Shown here piece by piece: positions 59,925-64,000 of a stretch of 64,000 bases of DNA. The notes beneath the pieces were generated by a model, which saw only the letters and a program-made list of their open reading frames with translations, made no database searches and had not been told where the DNA came from. The stretch lies in assembly GCA_025359045.1 (NCBI GenBank), contig JANYHN010000028.1, forward strand, positions 8,473 through 72,472. The letters run 5' to 3'. The stretch's first letter is position 1. The number at the start of each line of letters is the position of its first letter. The position numbers were made by a program, and so were the translations under genes. The DNA comes from Hyphomicrobiales bacterium. Lineage in GTDB: Bacteria > Pseudomonadota > Alphaproteobacteria > Rhizobiales > Aestuariivirgaceae.

Positions 59925-60799
59925 CTTATGATTTCGGTGCTTTTAATAATTGGGGCTCTTTGAAAAAGGTTGCGGTTCGCAAACCCATTGATGCTTTTGT
60001 GTCAGATGCCAAGATTGATGCTGAATGGAAAGATTTGAATTTCCATTCCCGGCCCGACTTTAAAAATGCGCTTCATGAATTTGAGGCTGTCGAAAAAATT
60101 TTGAAAGGCACTGATGCTGAGGTGATCGAGCTTGGTGCGGCTGAGGGTTTAACGCTTGATAGCCTCTACACTCATGATGCTTTAATCGTGACCCCCAAAG
60201 GTCTTGTGCGCCCACGCATGGGCAAACCGCAACGGCGCAATGAGGCCGCAATCAATGGTGCGCAATTGGAGAAATTGGGATTTCCAATTGCCGGTGAAAT
60301 TTCGGGTGAGGGTAAAATTGAAGGTGGCGATCTGGTTTGGATTGATCGTCAGACCCTTCTGGCTGGCATCGGCTACCGCACCAATCTAGAGGGTGTGCGG
60401 CAATTGCAAGCTATATGTGGCCCCGATGTAAACGTGATGTGGTTTGACATGCCGCATTATAAGGGCCGCTCTGATGTGTTCCATCTGATGAGCTGCTTAA
60501 GCCCGCTCGATAAGGATTTGGCCGTGGTTTATCTGCCTTTAATGGCCGGGCGGTTGATTGAGTTTCTGGAATCGCGCGGCATCAAATTCGTCGAAGTGCC
60601 GGAATCCGAGTTTGATACCATGGGCTGCAACGTACTGGCCTTAGGGCCACGCCACGCCATGATGGTGGCTGGCAACCCGATTACCGAGACGCGAATGAAA
60701 GCGGCGGGCGTTCGGGTGGATGTGATTCAGGGCATGGATATTTGCCGAAAAGGCGAAGGCGGGCCAACCTGCATGACCAGGCCTTTAGTTAGAGGATAG
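59921..60799 (+). CDS. Amidinotransferase/dimethylarginine dimethylaminohydrolase family protein
   Basis: YTHD, IEGGD, FHL and terminal GGPTCMTRPL catalytic Cys; ATGA overlap with tusA. Confidence 0.85.
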   Translation: MTYDFGAFNNWGSLKKVAVRKPIDAFVSDAKIDAEWKDLNFHSRPDFKNALHEFEAVEKILKGTDAEVIELGAAEGLTLDSLYTHDALIVTPKGLVRPRMGKPQRRNEAAINGAQLEKLGFPIAGEISGEGKIEGGDLVWIDRQTLLAGIGYRTNLEGVRQLQAICGPDVNVMWFDMPHYKGRSDVFHLMSCLSPLDKDLAVVYLPLMAGRLIEFLESRGIKFVEVPESEFDTMGCNVLALGPRHAMMVAGNPITETRMKAAGVRVDVIQGMDICRKGEGGPTCMTRPLVRG

Positions 60800-60828
60800 A
60801 ATTGTTTTTATCTAAACAGGAATAAAGC

Positions 60829-60857
60829 TTGACACCGTACGGTGGAGGGGCTATATG
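60829..60857 (+). promoter_or_regulatory. Near-consensus sigma70 promoter with no obvious downstream ORF
   Basis: TTGACA-N17-TATATG (or N16-CTATAT). Confidence 0.6.
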
Positions 60858-61303
60858 TCGTCATACTCCACAATTAGGCCCGAACTTCCAACAAGTCTTG
60901 CAAGGTGTACGAAGACGACGTTGGAGGATATAGGCGTAATTTGACAGGTGGCAGCGCGAGCAATTTGTTGCGAGTGAGAAATACGTGAAATTAAGAACGG
61001 CCAATCAAATATTTAAGTTCTTTCTGCATGCGGGACTATTCTGCTTTTTGGTATGCACTTGTTACTATTTTATTTTGGTCAAAGTATACAATTATACCAA
61101 AGCGATCCATTGATCACGTTTTTGAATGTTATTGGAATTTTTCAATTGGAATATCTGTTGCACCAAGAATAGCTACTTTTCTCTTGAATGACCTGTCGAC
61201 GAAAAGTGAATACCACCGTGAAAAATTGAAACCAACTTTGATGTATACTGTATCAATTGAGGAGCACAGAAAATAAACAGCTTGAATTGAGGTTAAAGTT
61301 CCG

Positions 61304-61489
61304 ATGACCAAAGTTCGCATGGCGATCAAGTTAACCCCTGAAACTATGAAATGTGTTCGCCAGGAAGCAAAATCGAAATATAAATCAATGGCTTCAATAA
61401 TTGTTGGCTCGATGCATAACTACAGGGCGGCAGAGGAGCGCCGCCAGCAACTCTTGCCACGTTTCACTCAAATAAATCAGCCGCGGTAA
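61304..61489 (+). CDS. Ribbon-helix-helix (CopG-like) protein, possibly truncated
   Basis: Alternating beta strand KVRMAIKL, helix PETMKCVRQEAK, then SMASII helix; GAGG upstream. Confidence 0.5.
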   Translation: MTKVRMAIKLTPETMKCVRQEAKSKYKSMASIIVGSMHNYRAAEERRQQLLPRFTQINQPR

Positions 61490-61506
61490 TTTGCGGATAA
61501 TTTTCG

Positions 61507-61570
61507 TCTTCCACCGCTTGCGGGGGAAGAAAGGGGCCCGTCGAACGAAGTGAGATGGGATAGATGAGGG
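61507..61570. repeat. Left arm of a palindromic repeat element
   Basis: TCTTCCACCGCTTGCGGGGGAAGAAAGGGGCCC...GGATAGATGAGGG; inverted homologue at 63302-63363. Confidence 0.75.
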
Positions 61571-61686
61571 AGGCGTAGGGTTCGGATTTTTTTCTTTAAA
61601 TCTGAATGAAATTCACTGCCCCTCACCCGGATATATCCCCTTGACGTATGCTTGCGGAATCAAGGAATTAGTGTCATGAATAGGAG

Positions 61687-62325
61687 ATGTTTAAAGGCCT
61701 TAAAAGTATTGGAGCATTCCTTAATTCGTTCGTTTCGAACTGGCTTGCACGTATGAGCGGAGGTTTCAGCGTCCCATTCGCATTATTTTTTGTGTTTTGG
61801 AGCGACCTCTACGTTAGAGTTGCTACTGGCGCACTTGCCATATTATGTTTTTTCGTATGTGCATATTCCTTATGGCGAAAAGAACGGCAAGTAATAGATG
61901 ACCAGAATCTGCAATTAGAACAGTTTAAACAAGCGTGGGATAGAACTGGAAAATACACGATCCCGCTAAAGGAAGCATTGGTGCTTATATCGAATAGCAT
62001 ACGTCGGCACGAAGAAGCCACTTTGACGGACAAAAATATCGATTTAATGGCTGTTGCAAAGTTTAGGTCTATCGGCTGGAATAACCCATGTCATTTAACG
62101 GGCCATAAATTCATTAGCAGAGGAAATTTTCACGCTATAGAACAGCCCATACCGCCGGGGTTTTGGGAGAAAAATACTCTTAATTTAGAAGCCATAAAAG
62201 AAGACATGGCACAATTGCCGCAGACTTTCGAAGATGGCAAATATGCATTCGACACCTCTGATAGAGAGGCCTTTGGGCAAATAAAAATAAACAAATCAGC
62301 TTTAATTTCGATGTTTCCACAATGA
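61687..62325 (+). CDS. IS passenger protein: two N-terminal TMs, coiled segment, soluble domain of unknown function
   Basis: 212-aa AT-rich ORF lying entirely inside the TIRs. Confidence 0.75.
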   Translation: MFKGLKSIGAFLNSFVSNWLARMSGGFSVPFALFFVFWSDLYVRVATGALAILCFFVCAYSLWRKERQVIDDQNLQLEQFKQAWDRTGKYTIPLKEALVLISNSIRRHEEATLTDKNIDLMAVAKFRSIGWNNPCHLTGHKFISRGNFHAIEQPIPPGFWEKNTLNLEAIKEDMAQLPQTFEDGKYAFDTSDREAFGQIKINKSALISMFPQ

Positions 62326-62501
62326 GTAAATTCAACACCCTTCTCCACGCTATGCTCACCAAGCCTCCTAAGCCTTTGGGAAAGACCGCATCAAAACGTC
62401 AAACATTGATTGTGGCTGATGACGTAAGTTATGACGATACTCAAACTCATGCAGATAAGTCTGCAAGTGTTTCTTCGAAACCCAAATATGCGTCCCCTTG
62501 A
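62322..62501 (+). CDS. Small IS ORF, 59 aa (absent from ORF track)
   Basis: MSKFNTLLHAMLTKPPKPLGK...; ATG overlaps the passenger stop (ATGA); 3' part is antisense to the transposase. Confidence 0.45.
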   Translation: MSKFNTLLHAMLTKPPKPLGKTASKRQTLIVADDVSYDDTQTHADKSASVSSKPKYASP

Positions 62502-63237
62502 TTGAACGCTGGATATGAGACCAAAACGACTCGATTGAGTTGGTGTGAACGAGACCGCGCACATATTCTTTAGCATCGTGATTTACAGTTTCGTGTTTAT
62601 AGCCTTGTGTAGGGAGATTGCGGAATATCTTAGCGCTATCAGTCATCACATGACTGCCCTCTTGAATGGTTTCAGCAACGTGCTTTGAAGCGGTAAACGT
62701 GCCACGGCTTTGAGCAACACGAGTAATAGCCTTGCCTTGCCGTTCGACAGCACCAAACACCACGGCCTTGTCATCATGGCCAAGTTTATCACGACCACCA
62801 AAGAACATTTGATCGGCTTCAACGATGGGAGCTTCCGGCCCTGAACCACCTACAGGCGCATCACCGTCAACCCATCCCATGTATTGGCGAATAAGATTGC
62901 ACATGCGCCACGCCGTTTTATAGGTCACGCCCGTAAGTCTTTGCACCTCTTTAGCGCTCACCCCATTCCGAGACGGTGTGAACAAGTACATGACTTGAAA
63001 CCACGTTGTAAGAGGCGTTCTAGTGGACTGGAAGGGTGTTCCTGCCATTGGATGGATATGATGGCCGCAATTGCATGTATATGCTGGCATTTTTGCCAAT
63101 TTATGAAACGTATCGTATTGGCCGCATTTTGGGCATATAGTCACAATTCCATAACGCGTCTTAAATAGGTGATCTAGACATACGTCATCCGTGGCGAATT
63201 TCGCTTGAAATTGCTTTAATGTCATTGATTTAGCCAT
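62368..63237 (-). CDS. IS1595 family transposase
   Basis: Zinc finger CPKC...CNCG, HTH (SAKEVQR.TGVTYKTAWRM), VEADQMFFGG, MTD, HTNSIESFW, YLHEFEYRHN. Confidence 0.95.
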   Translation of the reverse strand: MAKSMTLKQFQAKFATDDVCLDHLFKTRYGIVTICPKCGQYDTFHKLAKMPAYTCNCGHHIHPMAGTPFQSTRTPLTTWFQVMYLFTPSRNGVSAKEVQRLTGVTYKTAWRMCNLIRQYMGWVDGDAPVGGSGPEAPIVEADQMFFGGRDKLGHDDKAVVFGAVERQGKAITRVAQSRGTFTASKHVAETIQEGSHVMTDSAKIFRNLPTQGYKHETVNHDAKEYVRGLVHTNSIESFWSHIQRSIKGTHIWVSKKHLQTYLHEFEYRHNLRHQPQSMFDVLMRSFPKA

Positions 63238-63259
63238 CGTCTCAATCTCCTATAATCTT

Positions 63260-63288
63260 AATATAGGGATTGCTCTAGCATACGTCAA
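63260..63288 (-). promoter_or_regulatory. Transposase promoter with its -35 inside the TIR
   Basis: Minus strand TTGACG-N17-TATATT, then AGGAG SD. Confidence 0.7.
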
Positions 63289-63301
63289 GGGGATATATCC
63301 G

Positions 63302-63363
63302 CCCTCACCTATCCAATTGCTAAAGCAATGGGCCCCTTTCCTCTCCCACTTTGCGGTAGAGGA
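63302..63363. repeat. Right arm of the palindromic repeat element
   Basis: CCCTCACCTATCC...GGGCCCCTTTCCTCTCCCACTTTGCGGTAGAGGA, the inverted homologue of 61507-61570. Confidence 0.75.
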
Positions 63364-63366
63364 CAG

Positions 63367-63714
63367 TTAAAACAACTCTTTAACCTTCGTCGTAAACCCA
63401 ACTGTCACTCTGCCGTCTTCGTATTCAATCAGGGGGCGGCGGATTAGAGAGGTATGCTCCATGGCGAGTTTGACGGCTTTGGCTTCGGTTAGGCCTTCGG
63501 TTTCTGATGCTGGTAATCCGCGCCATGTATAGCCTGCGCGGTTGATCATTTTCTCCCAGCCACCAACGGATTTCGACCATTTGGTAACTTGGTCTTTGGT
63601 GGGTTTTTCAACTGAGTAATCAGAGAATTCTACGCCAACCTTTTTTTCGGCGAGAAATTCCAAGGCCTTTTGGCAGGTGGAACATTTCTTTAATCCGTAG
63701 GCTTTGATCTTCAT
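63367..63714 (-). CDS. ArsC/Spx/YffB family protein
   Basis: YGLKKCSTCQKA, INRAGYTWR, SLIRRPLI. Confidence 0.9.
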   Translation of the reverse strand: MKIKAYGLKKCSTCQKALEFLAEKKVGVEFSDYSVEKPTKDQVTKWSKSVGGWEKMINRAGYTWRGLPASETEGLTEAKAVKLAMEHTSLIRRPLIEYEDGRVTVGFTTKVKELF

Positions 63715-63720
63715 TTGAGG

Positions 63721-64000
63721 TCACCTGTTTAATGACAAAGTTTTATCCGTGAACGCATCAGCACCGCCAGTGATTTGATCGGTGAAAGCTTTGAACAGGC
63801 CTTCGATTTCGGCTTTTTCAACATCCTTCACGATAAACACCAACCGCGTTTCCTCCACACCGTCCGGCCATACAGGCATTCGGACGGGGGGATGAAACAC
63901 ATGCTGCACGCCATGTACGGCCAAGGGGTGCTTCGGATCATCAGAGGTTTTAATGAGGCCCTTCATGCGCAACAGATTGGCGCCGTGATAAGAGGTGAGC
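63721..64000 (-). CDS. C-terminal part of a CobW/COG0523 GTP-binding protein (5' end outside the window)
   Basis: LLRMKGLI...HGVQHVFHPP...TRLVFI; frame is open to the window edge. Confidence 0.85.
   Translation of the reverse strand, partial: LTSYHGANLLRMKGLIKTSDDPKHPLAVHGVQHVFHPPVRMPVWPDGVEETRLVFIVKDVEKAEIEGLFKAFTDQITGGADAFTDKTLSLNR

Larger units (their letters stand above)
61628..63301 (-). mobile_element. IS1595-family insertion sequence with passenger genes (transporter IS), 1674 bp
   Basis: Perfect 25-bp TIRs CGGATATATCCCCTTGACGTATGCT (61628-52 and 63277-301); 8-bp TSD CCCTCACC (61620-27 and 63302-09); DDE transposase inside. Confidence 0.93.

Noticed and set aside
60855-60944. 29-codon ORF starting at ATG 60855
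   Set aside because: Its ATG lies inside the predicted -10 element and it has no SD.

Overview
Chromosomal window from an alphaproteobacterium. Gene content and regulatory motifs point to Hyphomicrobiales (inference); it looks roughly 48-50% GC by eye. It is mostly a dense core-genome region: phaR/phaAB, ccmABCD-ccmG, ispZ-ftsY-mtaB-dapF, htpG, leuD/argC/leuC, rplS-trmD-rimM-rpsP-ffh, etfBA, hbd, argH-lptM-lysA, ftsEX, a class II ribonucleotide reductase, tyrA-hisC-chorismate mutase, gloB, a GcvT-family dehydrogenase, mobAB-MOSC-tusA and an amidinotransferase. There are two small AT-rich accessory patches. The first (~23.1-24.1 kb) holds hicBA and a REP-like repeat. The second (~60.8-63.4 kb) holds an RHH gene and a complete 1674-bp IS1595-family element with 25-bp TIRs, an 8-bp TSD and passenger ORFs, inserted into a palindromic repeat. 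Four small ORFs absent from the ORF track were found by hand: ccmD, an lptM-like lipoprotein, a 50-aa membrane peptide and a 59-aa IS ORF. Also seen: two disrupted transporter genes, three candidate sRNAs, an L19-HhH fusion, and an apparently LexA-controlled pair (nrdJ and a GIY-YIG-like gene). No rRNA, tRNA or CRISPR array was seen. All family assignments come from motif recognition; no database searches were run.
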